In this document: piece after piece, positions 40,129 through 49,827 of the stretch | Layout of the letters: each line of letters opens with the position of its first letter | Numbering within the stretch: the stretch's first letter is position 1 | From: Chloroflexota bacterium | GTDB taxonomy: Bacteria > Chloroflexota > Dehalococcoidia > UBA2979 | Length of the DNA: 64,000 nucleotides | Direction: 5' to 3' | Assembly: GCA_027593235.1 (NCBI GenBank) | Contig: JAQCIU010000009.1 | Coordinates: 32,001-96,000 of the forward strand | The notes under the pieces: generated by a model | Told to the model about the DNA's origin: nothing | The model's database searches: none | The model's input: the letters and a program-made list of their open reading frames with translations, nothing else | Made by a program: the position numbers and the translations under genes

Positions 40129-41436
40129 GTGAACCGACCAAAGAATCGTTGGCTCGCTGCCAGCCTCGGTGCCGTCGGGGCTGTCGCCCTCGTTGGTGCC
40201 GCGCTCGCCCAGCAGGGCCCGCCCCCACCCGGAGTGCCGCTCGCTGCCGGGCTCAGCAACCCGCGCGGCGTCAACCCCGGCGCTGCCGGTAGCGTCCTCG
40301 TCGCGGAGGGCGCCGGTGGTCGGCTCCTCAACGTCGCCGCGGACGGCACCATCACCGAACTGCTGACCGGCCTCCCGGTCGGAACCGTCGAGGTCGCGCC
40401 AGGCGAGGTCGAAACCGTCGGTATCTCCTCCGCCATCTCGGACGGCGGCACCGGCTACTACTACGTCGTCGGCGAATCTCTCGATGCCGGCTTCAGCGCC
40501 CTCTACCAGGCGAACGCAGGCGGCACCCCAACCCTCATCGCCGATCTCGGCGCTTACGAGTAAGCCAACAACATCGACGGCGACACGCTGTTGACCGGCG
40601 ATCCGGAGTTGAACTCCAACCCCTACGATCTCGTGCGCGCCACCAACGGTGACATCCTCGTCACCGACTCCGGCGCAAACGCGGTCCTCCGCGTCAACGC
40701 CACCACCAAAGCCATTACCCCGTTCGCCATCTTCCCCGCGCGGGAGAACCCGCTCTTCGCCGGTGGCAACGGCATCGGTGGCCCCTTCATGGACCAGGTC
40801 CCCACCGGGATCACCGTCGGTCCGGACGGCGCCTACTACGTCGCCACCCTCACCGGGTTCCCGTTCCCAACCGGTGGCGCCCTTGTCTACCGTCTTGCTG
40901 ACGGCAACGCTGATGGCGACGCCCTCGATGATGGCGAAAGCACCATCTTCGTCTCCGGACTCACCACCGCCACGGACCTCGTCTTCGACGGCAACGGCGA
41001 TCTGCTGATCACCCAGTTCAGCACGAACATGCTGGCCAGCGCCCCCGGTCGCATCTCTCGCGTCTCGGACGGTCAGACCAGGACCATCGTCCACCTGCTG
41101 GTCACGCCGACCAGCCTCACCGTCAGCTCCACCGGCAGACTGATCGTCTCCCAGGAGTTCGCCGGCATGGTCTCGGACGTGACTGACGTGTTGCCCGGTG
41201 GCTTCGGCGCCACCATCGTTCCGGGCGTCAACCTCTCCTCGTACGGTGGTGGCCCCGTCGCCCAGATTGCAGCGGAACTCGGTGCCGCCGGCGCCACCTC
41301 ACTGGTGGTCACCGTGGATGGCTCCTTCGTCATCTACATCGTCGGCGCGCCCGGCTTCGTGAACACCGCCTTCACCACGGCGTTCCCGGACGGGCTCCCG
41401 GCTGGTGCGGGCGTGCTGGTGATCGTCACCAACTAG
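40129..41436 (+). pseudogene. Secreted ScyD/ScyE-family beta-propeller protein, interrupted by an in-frame TAA at 40561-40563
   Basis: GLSNPRG, VAEG, ADLGAYE*ANNIDG..NSNPY, VTDSGAN and QVPTG..VGPDGAYYVATLTGFPF are all in one frame. Confidence 0.8.
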
Positions 41437-41459
41437 CCCCGCGTCGTTCCCGACAACCG

Positions 41460-41490
41460 ACGGCCGGCCTCTTCCGAGGCCGGTCGTTTC
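41460..41490 (+). terminator. Intrinsic terminator between convergent genes
   Basis: ACGGCCGGCCTC-TTCC-GAGGCCGGTCGT followed by T residues. Confidence 0.75.
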
Positions 41491-41514
41491 GTTGTCCGCG
41501 CCACGCGTTCGGCG

Positions 41515-42132
41515 CTACTTCACCGTCACCAGTCCGGACATGTACGGGTGGATCGAACACGTCACGAGGAATTGCCCTGCCCCGCTGAACGTCCGTGACC
41601 AGGACTCGCCTTCCAGCAACAGCGGTCCGTTCCAGCTTCCATCAACCGCGTCCGCATCGTGCGCGATCGGGTCGCGGTTCACCCACGTCACCGTCGTCCC
41701 CACCGCGATCTCAAGCGTCTGCGGCTTGTACCCATACCCCTGGATCACCACCGCCGTCCCCGCGACCGAGGTCGGCGCTACTGTCGGTGCCGCCGTCGCC
41801 GTGACCGCGGGCGTCGCCACAACCGTCGGTGCCGTTGTCGGAGCCACCGTCGCGCTCGCCGTCGGTGTCGCGAGCGAGGTCGCCGTTCCTGTCGGCGTCG
41901 CGCTCGCCGTCGGTGTCGCGACCGAGGTCGCTGTTCCCGTGGCCGTGCCAGTCGCCGTGCCAGTCGTGATCGCCGCGGTCGCGACCGACGAGGCCGTGCC
42001 GGCTGCGGTCGCGGTCGCCACCTCGGTGCCGGTCGGCGCCTCCGTCGGTGTCGCCGGTGCGGTGCCGCCGCAACCAGCGACCGTCGCAACCAGGCCGAAC
42101 AGGACAATCGGGACGAGTCTGCGGAAGTTCAT
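41515..42132 (-). CDS. Cupredoxin (plastocyanin/amicyanin-like) lipoprotein with Thr/Ala-rich stalk
   Basis: VAGC lipobox; GTTVTWVN..AH and CSIHPYM give the type-1 copper ligands H, C, H, M. Confidence 0.88.
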   Translation of the reverse strand: MNFRRLVPIVLFGLVATVAGCGGTAPATPTEAPTGTEVATATAAGTASSVATAAITTGTATGTATGTATSVATPTASATPTGTATSLATPTASATVAPTTAPTVVATPAVTATAAPTVAPTSVAGTAVVIQGYGYKPQTLEIAVGTTVTWVNRDPIAHDADAVDGSWNGPLLLEGESWSRTFSGAGQFLVTCSIHPYMSGLVTVK

Positions 42133-42287
42133 GCCGACGACGGTATGCGAGCGAAGGCCGTCGTTCGAGCCGGCTGGCCTCGCGGTATCCGCACTGGCAA
42201 TCAGCGTCGTCGCCACCCGCGTCCTCCCTATACTCCAACGCACGCGGCCACCATCGGTCGTGCGTGACCATGAGGGGACCCAGCACC

Positions 42288-42995
42288 ATGACACGAGTCG
42301 GACGCGTCGTGAGCTGCTGGCGGTACCCGGTGAAGTCGATGGCCGGCGAACGCCTCGAGACCGCACCCGTCACCCTGCAGGGCATCCAGGCCGATCGGAT
42401 GTACGCCTTCGTCCAGGCCGGCTCGCCAAGCCCCTTCCCCTGGCTCACCGGCCGCGAGCTCCCCGCGCTCATGCGCCATCAGCCCGTCTGGTCCGCCGCC
42501 GAACGCCCGCAACTCAGCGTCCGCACCCCGCAAGGTGCCGAACACCCCATCGCCAGCGACGACCTCCGCGAGGCCCTGGAGGCCGCCTCCGGCCGCTCCG
42601 TCTACCTGCTCCCCAACTACCGCGGCAGCTTCGATGTAGCCGCCATCACCCTGATGAGCACCGCCACCGTCGCTCACATCGCCAGCGACACCGACACCGA
42701 CCCGGAGCCGATGCGTTTCCGCATGAACTTCTACGTCGAGACCGCTGACGGCACCCCATGGGGTGAGGACGCCTGGGTCGGACACACCGTCCGCATCGGC
42801 AACGACGTCCGTGTCGCAGTTACCGAACGCGACAAGCGCTGCGCGATGATCACCCTCGCCCCACACGGCGGCGATCCCCTCACCCGCGTCCTCACCATCG
42901 TCGCCGAACAGAACAACGCCACCGCCGGCGTCTACGCCTCCGTCCTCACGCCGGGTGCCGTCCGCGACGGCGACGACGTCACCCTCGAGGACTAA
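42288..42995 (+). CDS. MOSC domain protein
   Basis: RYPVKSMAGE, DR, RFRMN and RCAMIT motifs. Confidence 0.9.
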   Translation: MTRVGRVVSCWRYPVKSMAGERLETAPVTLQGIQADRMYAFVQAGSPSPFPWLTGRELPALMRHQPVWSAAERPQLSVRTPQGAEHPIASDDLREALEAASGRSVYLLPNYRGSFDVAAITLMSTATVAHIASDTDTDPEPMRFRMNFYVETADGTPWGEDAWVGHTVRIGNDVRVAVTERDKRCAMITLAPHGGDPLTRVLTIVAEQNNATAGVYASVLTPGAVRDGDDVTLED

Positions 42996-43034
42996 CGAAC
43001 CCATCGAGGACGCCGAGACCGACGAGGAACAGCG

Positions 43035-43907
43035 ATGACCACTTCCCGCGCCACCCTGCCGGTGCCCGGCTTCGATATCGCCGAATCAGATGTTGCCTAC
43101 GCCAATCCCGGCGACACGCCACTCCTCGCCCGCATCTATCGTCCCACGGAGCCTGCGGCGGACGGCTATCCCGTGGCCGTCGCCGTGCATGGTGGTGCCT
43201 GGAACGCCAACGATCGGACAGTCAGCGAACTCGCCAACCGCACCCTCGCCAGCTCCGGCATCGTCGTGGTCGCGATCGACTTCCGCCAGGGCCCGGATCA
43301 CCAGCACCCCAGCGCCAGCAGCGACATCGTCGCCGCCGTCCGTTGGTCGAAGCTCCACGCAGCCGAGTACGGCGGCAACCCGGAGACCGTTGGGCTGATC
43401 GGCAGCTCTTCCGGAGGCCACCTTGCGCTGCTCGCGGCCATCCGCCCGCACGCCCCGGAACACCAGACAACGCCGGTCCTCGACGGCCAGCCCACCGGGA
43501 CGGCATCCATCGACGGTACCGTTCGTTATGTCGTCGCGAACTGGCCGGTCTGCGACCCGCTCTACCGCTACCGCTACGCCGTCCGCATGCAACGCGATCA
43601 GCTCATCGCGTCGCACCTCGCGTACTTCGTCGACGAGCCGACCATGAAGGCCGCCAGCGTCCCGCGGATCCTCGATGACGGCGAAGCGCAGGAGCTGCCA
43701 CCGCTGCTCCTCGTGCAACCAGGCGAGGATCAGAACGTGCCGCTGGAGATGACCCAGTACCTGATGCGCGCCTACCAGAAGCGCGGCGGCCACCTGGAGT
43801 ACGCCTTCTTCCCCGGCGAACACCACGCCTTCACCTACGAACCATCGGACGCCACCGCCGACTGTCTCGCCCTCGTCGCTGACTTCGTCCACCGCCGCAC
43901 CAGCTAG
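43035..43907 (+). CDS. Alpha/beta hydrolase (HSL-like esterase)
   Basis: HGGAW, GSSSGG and HAF motifs. Confidence 0.9.
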   Translation: MTTSRATLPVPGFDIAESDVAYANPGDTPLLARIYRPTEPAADGYPVAVAVHGGAWNANDRTVSELANRTLASSGIVVVAIDFRQGPDHQHPSASSDIVAAVRWSKLHAAEYGGNPETVGLIGSSSGGHLALLAAIRPHAPEHQTTPVLDGQPTGTASIDGTVRYVVANWPVCDPLYRYRYAVRMQRDQLIASHLAYFVDEPTMKAASVPRILDDGEAQELPPLLLVQPGEDQNVPLEMTQYLMRAYQKRGGHLEYAFFPGEHHAFTYEPSDATADCLALVADFVHRRTS

Positions 43908-43930
43908 CGCGGAACACCCCCGGACACAAA

Positions 43931-43957
43931 CAAGCGCCCGGCTGAGCCGGGCGCTTG
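43931..43957. terminator. Probable bidirectional terminator hairpin
   Basis: CAAGCGCCCGGC-TGA-GCCGGGCGCTTG, a perfect 12-bp stem between convergent genes. Confidence 0.75.
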
Positions 43958-43982
43958 ACCATCATCAGACGCTGCTTGCGCG

Positions 43983-44237
43983 CTAGATTCCGGTCCGCTT
44001 CCAGAACAGAACCATCTGCTTCTTGTCTTCCCAGGACGATCGCACCTTGATCCCGGACTCCTTGCTCGCTTCCGCGAGCAGGCGCTTCACAGTGGACGGA
44101 CGATCCGTCCGCTCCAGTACGATCTTCCCGGCCTGACTACCCTCGATCGCCTGGCGGAACGCGCGACGCGCTTCTGCGGTCGATCGACCGCGGCCAACCT
44201 GCACTTGATCGGGGCTCAACGCTTCGAACTTGGGCAT
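43983..44237 (-). CDS. Small basic hypothetical protein
   Basis: GGGAG RBS, ATG 44237, 84 aa, Lys/Arg-rich. Confidence 0.7.
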   Translation of the reverse strand: MPKFEALSPDQVQVGRGRSTAEARRAFRQAIEGSQAGKIVLERTDRPSTVKRLLAEASKESGIKVRSSWEDKKQMVLFWKRTGI

Positions 44238-44369
44238 GCGGTTACTCCCTGTATTGCCGGGATATCGTATCGCGAATCCACGGCCGCGAAGAATCACTAT
44301 CTCACGGCACGCTATCTGCCGTCACCCATCGCTCCTCAGTCGCCAGATCCCGGACCGAGATCCCCCGAC

Positions 44370-44903
44370 CTAGATCCCCAGACCAGGCCGTCCCGCGAGC
44401 GTCAGCGCGAGATTGATCATGCCGAAGTGATTATTTCCGTGGTTGATAATCACCTGCCCGATGATCTCGTACCGAGCCAGGTTCCCGTTCGGCCTGATGT
44501 CCATTCGGCCGTCCAGAAACTCGTCGCTGTAGCCGCGAATGGTCGGCACCACCGCCGCCGCTACATCACGCGCGTATTTCGCCAGTATCGGAGCCGCCGG
44601 GAATCGCAGTGCATACGCCTCTTCGGGCGTCATCCCCGTCCCCTGGTCTGCCTTCGGCAGCCCCCACGCCTCGTTCAGTCCCTGTTGCAGCCAGACCGGT
44701 TGCTCCCGCGCGAACGCGAAGTGCACCAGGTTGTCCGCCGTCCGCGCGATGTGCCACGCGTCGAAACCGATCGAGTTGCAGGGACCGTCCGGTCGGAAGT
44801 GCAGGTCCTCCTCGTTCAGATCCTCAATCGACGCAGCCGTCCGTTCCAGCAATTCGCCCACGTACTGCGCCAGGTAGTTCTGCAACGTCAACGCCTCGGC
44901 CAT
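44370..44903 (-). CDS. DinB family protein
   Basis: NSIGFDAWHIAR.AD and HGNNHFG motifs. Confidence 0.88.
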   Translation of the reverse strand: MAEALTLQNYLAQYVGELLERTAASIEDLNEEDLHFRPDGPCNSIGFDAWHIARTADNLVHFAFAREQPVWLQQGLNEAWGLPKADQGTGMTPEEAYALRFPAAPILAKYARDVAAAVVPTIRGYSDEFLDGRMDIRPNGNLARYEIIGQVIINHGNNHFGMINLALTLAGRPGLGI

Positions 44904-45141
44904 CCCGCACCCCCATCTAAAACGTCAGAGTGGTCCAGCCAGTCGGCTCGGTGCACACTCTGTCTGATCCACTGGACCGACGGAGGTTATCCGTTCACTC
45001 CGCCGCCGGTTGGCATCCCATTCGGCAAACCGTCGACACAGACCGTAGTCGGTATAGAACGCTATAGTCACCCCCGCAGACAAGAAATCCCGCTCCGGGC
45101 GGCGTATGGTCGTCCGCGATGTGGCGCACTGGAGGATACGA

Positions 45142-46140
45142 ATGGCTCGCAAACTCTCGATCGGCGTGAACTGGGCCGGCAACTTCGACATGGACGGCAT
45201 CATCGACCAGGCGAAGATCGCCGATGACGCCGGCGTCCATATCCTCAACATCGCCGAGGCCTGGGGACCGGACGCCCTCTCGCTGCTTGCCGTCGTGGCG
45301 CGCGAGACGAATCAGATTCAACTCGGCACCAGCATCATCAACATCTTCTCCCGCACCCCCGGCGCCATGGCGCAACACTTCGCCACCCTCGATCACATCT
45401 CCAACGGGCGCATGGTGATCGGGCTCGGCTCCTCCGGCCCCCAGGTGATCGAGCACTTCCACGGCATCAAGTTCCGCAAGCCCCTCACCCGCATGCGCGA
45501 GTACGTCGACATCATCAACATGCTGATGCGTGGCGAGAAGCTGAACTACAACGGCGAGTTCTTCCAGCTCAGCCGCGGCTTCACCCTCCGCTTCGACACC
45601 CTCCGCGATCACATCCCGATCCACATCGCTTCCATCACCCCCAAGTCCCTCAAGCAGACCGCCGAAATCGCCGATGGCTGGCTCCCGATCCACCTGCCGC
45701 GAGATCAGTGGAAGCCACAGACCGACGCCATGACCGCCAACATCGAGGCCGCCGGCCGGAAGCGCTCTGACTTCTTCATCCGCAACCCCCAGAGCGTCCA
45801 CGTCACCGACGACGTCGAGGCCGCCCGCCAGCAGGTCGCCGGAACCACCGCCTTCTACATCGCCCGCATGGGTGACTTCTATTACGAGCACTTCATCCGC
45901 ATGGGCTACGCGGACGAGGCCAACGCCGTGCGGCGTGGCTGGGAAGAGGGCGGCCCCGCCGGCGGTGCTGCGGCGCTCCCGCCGGATCTCGTCGACCAGC
46001 TCGGCACCGCTGGCACCGTCGAACAGTGCATCGAATCGATGGAAGAGGCTGAAGAGCGCGGCTTCGACTGGCATTCCGTGAGCGTTGACGAACGTGACCC
46101 CAAGAAGCGCGCGGCGATCTACCGGCAACTGGTTGGCTAA
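45142..46140 (+). CDS. LLM-class (probably F420-dependent) oxidoreductase
   Basis: AEAWG.DA, LGTSIIN..SRTP, TLD.ISNGR..GLGSSG and EIADG motifs. Confidence 0.92.
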   Translation: MARKLSIGVNWAGNFDMDGIIDQAKIADDAGVHILNIAEAWGPDALSLLAVVARETNQIQLGTSIINIFSRTPGAMAQHFATLDHISNGRMVIGLGSSGPQVIEHFHGIKFRKPLTRMREYVDIINMLMRGEKLNYNGEFFQLSRGFTLRFDTLRDHIPIHIASITPKSLKQTAEIADGWLPIHLPRDQWKPQTDAMTANIEAAGRKRSDFFIRNPQSVHVTDDVEAARQQVAGTTAFYIARMGDFYYEHFIRMGYADEANAVRRGWEEGGPAGGAAALPPDLVDQLGTAGTVEQCIESMEEAEERGFDWHSVSVDERDPKKRAAIYRQLVG

Positions 46141-46194
46141 CCACCTCGTTCGTCGGCTCGCCCGCGTCGTCGCATCGCACGAGGTGAATCGCTG

Positions 46195-46794
46195 ATGGCC
46201 CGTGAGCCGCTCGAACAGGCCCTGTCGCAGCGCACGTTATTGAAGGAAGCGATCGACGCCGGTGTCGGCGTTCGATTCCAAACCCGCTACGAACCGCCGG
46301 GACGGACCGCCGACACGTCCCGGCTCTCGCTCCTCGCCGCCAGCGAGACCGATCCGATCCTCGGCGAGCAGTTCGCCCCATTCCAGCGACGGCTCGTCGG
46401 CATGATCGTCGACTTCTTCGCCATCGCTCTGATCTGGTTTATGGGCTTCGCCGGCATCGCCGTCCTCGTCGTCCCCTTCTACACCATGCTCCCGGAGAAC
46501 AGCCCCACCTACCTGGCCCCGGTCTTCCAGGCGTTCGTCATCTCCATCCCCTTCTGGTGCCTCTGGATGTTCAACGCGCAGGGCTGGGCGCCCTCCGGCC
46601 GCTTCACCTATCTCCGCGCCGTTGATGAGTTCGGAGCCGCCCCGGGCATCCGCCGTGGTCTCATCCGCACCATCGCCATGCTCGTCAGCGTCCTGCCGCT
46701 GGGTCTCGGATTCTGGGCTGCCGCCTGGCACCGCGAGCGTCAGACCTGGCACGATCGCCTCGCCGGCACCCGCGTCATCCACCTCCTGCGCTAG
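46195..46794 (+). CDS. RDD family membrane protein
   Basis: RRL....VD at the N-terminus and QTWHDRLAGTRV at the C-terminus. Confidence 0.85.
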   Translation: MAREPLEQALSQRTLLKEAIDAGVGVRFQTRYEPPGRTADTSRLSLLAASETDPILGEQFAPFQRRLVGMIVDFFAIALIWFMGFAGIAVLVVPFYTMLPENSPTYLAPVFQAFVISIPFWCLWMFNAQGWAPSGRFTYLRAVDEFGAAPGIRRGLIRTIAMLVSVLPLGLGFWAAAWHRERQTWHDRLAGTRVIHLLR

Positions 46795-46897
46795 ACCCTC
46801 TTCACCCCGGGCACTTGAGGCGCGGCCGAAAAGCCGTCATCATCAAGGCACACGGAAGTCGCACTGGACGGCGGCCGATCGCGGCAGGGGGAAAAAC

Positions 46898-47197
46898 ATG
46901 GCAATCACCGGAACGTGGAACCTCACACTCAAGACCCCGATGGGGGACCGCCCCGTCACCGTCAAGCTCAACAACGAAGGCAATGACCTCAGCGGCACCT
47001 TCGAATCCCCGCAGGGCAGCCAGTCCTTCGAGGGCGGCACCGCCAGCGGCGACGAAGCCGCCTGGAGCACCATGTTCAACGGTGCCATGGGCGAGATGAA
47101 GCTCGACTTCGTTGGCGCTGTCGAGGGCGACACCATCGACGGCACCGTCCAGTTCGGCGCATTCGGCCCCGGCACCTTCAGCGGCACGCGCGCCTGA
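46898..47197 (+). CDS. Small beta-barrel hypothetical protein
   Basis: GTWNLTLKTPMG...G.V.GDTI.GTV..GAFG..TFSG.R pattern; GGGGG RBS. Confidence 0.78.
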   Translation: MAITGTWNLTLKTPMGDRPVTVKLNNEGNDLSGTFESPQGSQSFEGGTASGDEAAWSTMFNGAMGEMKLDFVGAVEGDTIDGTVQFGAFGPGTFSGTRA

Positions 47198-47285
47198 GCG
47201 ACCGCTCGGAACGGGCGCCGCGCCTCCCGCACCCTCGCTCGGTCGGGTAGGCTGCGGACGCCCGCCAGCCAGCCCAGGAGGCCAC

Positions 47286-48431
47286 GTGACCCCGCAACCG
47301 TTCGCAGTCCGCTTCACGGACGACGCGGTCGCCGATCTGCGCCAGCGCCTCACCGCCACCCGCTGGCCCGCCGAAGTCGAGGGCAGCGGCTGGGATCTCG
47401 GCACCAACCTCGCCTACCTCCAGTCGCTCTGCGCTTACTGGCGCGACAGCTTCGATTTCGAAGCTGCCGCTGCCACCCTCAACCGCATGCCCCAGTTCAC
47501 CACCGCGGTGGATAACTACAACATCCACTACGTCCACGCCGAAGGTCAGGGCCCAGACCCACTCCCGCTCGTCTTCACCCACGGCTGGCCCGGCACCTTC
47601 TACGAGGTCCACAAGATCCTCGATCTCCTGACCAACCCCGCCGCCCACGGCGGCGATCCCGCCGACTCCTTCACCGTCGTCGCGCCCTCCCTCCCCGGCT
47701 ACGGCTACTCCCAGGTCCCCACCACCACCGGTTGGGGACAGGCCCGCACCGCCGCGCTCTGGGACGGCCTCATGCAACAGCTCGGCTACTCGCGTTACGG
47801 CGCGCAGGGTGGCGACTGGGGTGCCGTCGTCACCGCCCACCTCGGGCACACCTTCCCGCAGCGCGTCGTCGGCTCGCAGATCAACATGCCGTTCCTCGGC
47901 CCGATCGGCGATCGCACCCCGAACACCGACGAGGAGCGCGCCTACCTCCAACGCGCCGGCCAGTGGCAGGCCGCCGAGGCGGCCTACCAGGCAATCCAGC
48001 GCACCAAACCGCAAACCCTCGCCTACGGCCTCACCGACTCCCCCGCCGGACTCGCCGGCTGGATCACCGAAAAGCTCCGCTCCTGGTCCGACTGCAACGG
48101 CGACCTCGAAACCCGCTTCTCGAAAGACGAGACGCTCACCAACATCTCCATTTACTGGTTCACCAACACCATCAACTCCAGCACCCGCTACTACTACGAA
48201 AGCGGTGCCGACCCGGCCAACCGCCTCACCCACACCATCGAGGTCCCCGTCGGTGCCTCCATCTTCCCCGCTGAGATCGGCGGACTGAGCGCCCCCCGTA
48301 GCTGGGTCGAACGCGGCTGCGAACAACTCACCCAGTGGTCCACCCACGACCGCGGCGGCCACTTCGCCGCCATGGAAGAACCGGAACTCCTTGCCCAGGA
48401 CATCCGCTACTTCTTCCGCCCACTCCGCTAG
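47286..48431 (+). CDS. Epoxide hydrolase (EHN domain)
   Basis: HGWP, GGDWG, DSPAGL and GGHFAAMEEP motifs. Confidence 0.93.
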   Translation: MTPQPFAVRFTDDAVADLRQRLTATRWPAEVEGSGWDLGTNLAYLQSLCAYWRDSFDFEAAAATLNRMPQFTTAVDNYNIHYVHAEGQGPDPLPLVFTHGWPGTFYEVHKILDLLTNPAAHGGDPADSFTVVAPSLPGYGYSQVPTTTGWGQARTAALWDGLMQQLGYSRYGAQGGDWGAVVTAHLGHTFPQRVVGSQINMPFLGPIGDRTPNTDEERAYLQRAGQWQAAEAAYQAIQRTKPQTLAYGLTDSPAGLAGWITEKLRSWSDCNGDLETRFSKDETLTNISIYWFTNTINSSTRYYYESGADPANRLTHTIEVPVGASIFPAEIGGLSAPRSWVERGCEQLTQWSTHDRGGHFAAMEEPELLAQDIRYFFRPLR

Positions 48432-48476
48432 CTCCCCCGGCCAGCAACCCGCCACCCCCAAACCTCCGAGGTACCA

Positions 48477-49796
48477 GTGCCGCCCGACGACCTCCTCTCC
48501 GCCTCCGCTACCCGGCTCGCCGGTCTCATTCGCGATCGCCACGTCTCCTCGATCGAGGTCGTCCAGGCCCACCTCGATCGCATCGCCGCCGTGAATCCCC
48601 AGCTCAACGCCGTCGTCCAACTCGCCCCCGACGCCCTCGCCCGCGCCGCCGTCGCCGATCAGGCCATCTCCCGAGGCGAGCCCGTCGGCCCGCTCCACGG
48701 CGTCCCCTTCACCGCCAAGGACTGGCTGGAAACCGAGGGCCTGATCTGCGCCGCCGGCTTCGAGGAACGCGCCACTTACGTCCCGTCCCGCGACGCCACC
48801 GTCGTCGCGCGCATGCGCCGCGCCGGCGCCATCCTCCTCGGCAAGACCAACGTCGTCACCGGTGCCCCCGTCTACGACCGCCCCAACAACCCGCACGACC
48901 CCGCGCGCACCCCCGGCTCCAGCAGCAGCGGCGAGGCCGCGATCATCGCCGCCGGCGGATCCCCCTTCGGCCTCGGCAGCGACTCCGGCGGCAGCATCCG
49001 CTGGCCAGCGCACTGCTCCGGCATCGTCGGACTCAAGCCCTCCACCGGCCTCGTCCCCAACACCGGCCACTTCCCCCGCATCGGCCACATGAGCGACCCC
49101 CGTACCGCGATCGGGCCGCTCACCCGCTCCGCCCACGACCTCGCCCCCCTGCCCCAGGTGCTCGCCGGCGCCGATCCCCGCGATCCCGGCGCCTTCCCCG
49201 TCGGCATCGGTAACCCCGAGGACGTCGATCTCAGCACCCTCCGCGTCGCCGTCTTCACCGATCTCCCCGGCGCCCGCCCCACCCCCGAAACCATCGACGC
49301 CGTCGCCACCGCAGCCCGCGCCCTCGCGGCCGCCGGCTGCTCCATCGAGGAAGCAGCACCCCCCCGCCTCGATGAGTCACTCCCGATCACCCGCGCCTAC
49401 TGGGCCCGCGTCCAGTCCGTTTCCTTCCGCGAATGGATCCCCAATCAGCAGGGCACCCTCGACGCCGCCCGCATCGAGGAAGCGCGCTTCGAATGGGAGC
49501 GCTTCACCCGCTCCCTCTACACCTTCATGGAGCGCTACGACGCCATCCTCTGCCCCGCCGCACAGCGTCCCGCCCCCGTCCACGACGACTGGACGCTCCA
49601 CGAGTACCTCTACACCCTCCCCTTCAGCCTCACCCGCCAGCCCGCCGCCGTCGTCCCCTGGGCCACCTCTCCCGAGGGCCTCCCGATCGGCGTCCAGATC
49701 GCCGGGCGCACCTGGCGCGACGACGTCGTCATCGCCCTCGCCGTCGCCCTCGAGGACGCCCGCTCCCCCCTCGCCGTCCCCCAGGTGCCGCGCTAG
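48477..49796 (+). CDS. Amidase signature family protein
   Basis: GVPFTAKD, GKTN, GSSSSG and GSDSGGSIRWPA motifs. Confidence 0.92.
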   Translation: MPPDDLLSASATRLAGLIRDRHVSSIEVVQAHLDRIAAVNPQLNAVVQLAPDALARAAVADQAISRGEPVGPLHGVPFTAKDWLETEGLICAAGFEERATYVPSRDATVVARMRRAGAILLGKTNVVTGAPVYDRPNNPHDPARTPGSSSSGEAAIIAAGGSPFGLGSDSGGSIRWPAHCSGIVGLKPSTGLVPNTGHFPRIGHMSDPRTAIGPLTRSAHDLAPLPQVLAGADPRDPGAFPVGIGNPEDVDLSTLRVAVFTDLPGARPTPETIDAVATAARALAAAGCSIEEAAPPRLDESLPITRAYWARVQSVSFREWIPNQQGTLDAARIEEARFEWERFTRSLYTFMERYDAILCPAAQRPAPVHDDWTLHEYLYTLPFSLTRQPAAVVPWATSPEGLPIGVQIAGRTWRDDVVIALAVALEDARSPLAVPQVPR

Positions 49797-49827
49797 CCGC
49801 CCCGACCAGACCTGCGGAGAGCGCCCG

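Noticed and set aside
40129-41436. Scytonemin biosynthesis cluster
   Set aside because: Only a lone ScyD/E-like propeller is present; no scyA, scyB, scyC or aromatic amino acid pathway genes are adjacent.
41750-42070. Repetitive DNA as a mobile or regulatory repeat
   Set aside because: It encodes the Thr/Ala-rich stalk of the cupredoxin lipoprotein.
44926-44978. HDV-like ribozyme
   Set aside because: P3/L3 geometry and the catalytic junction do not fit on either strand.
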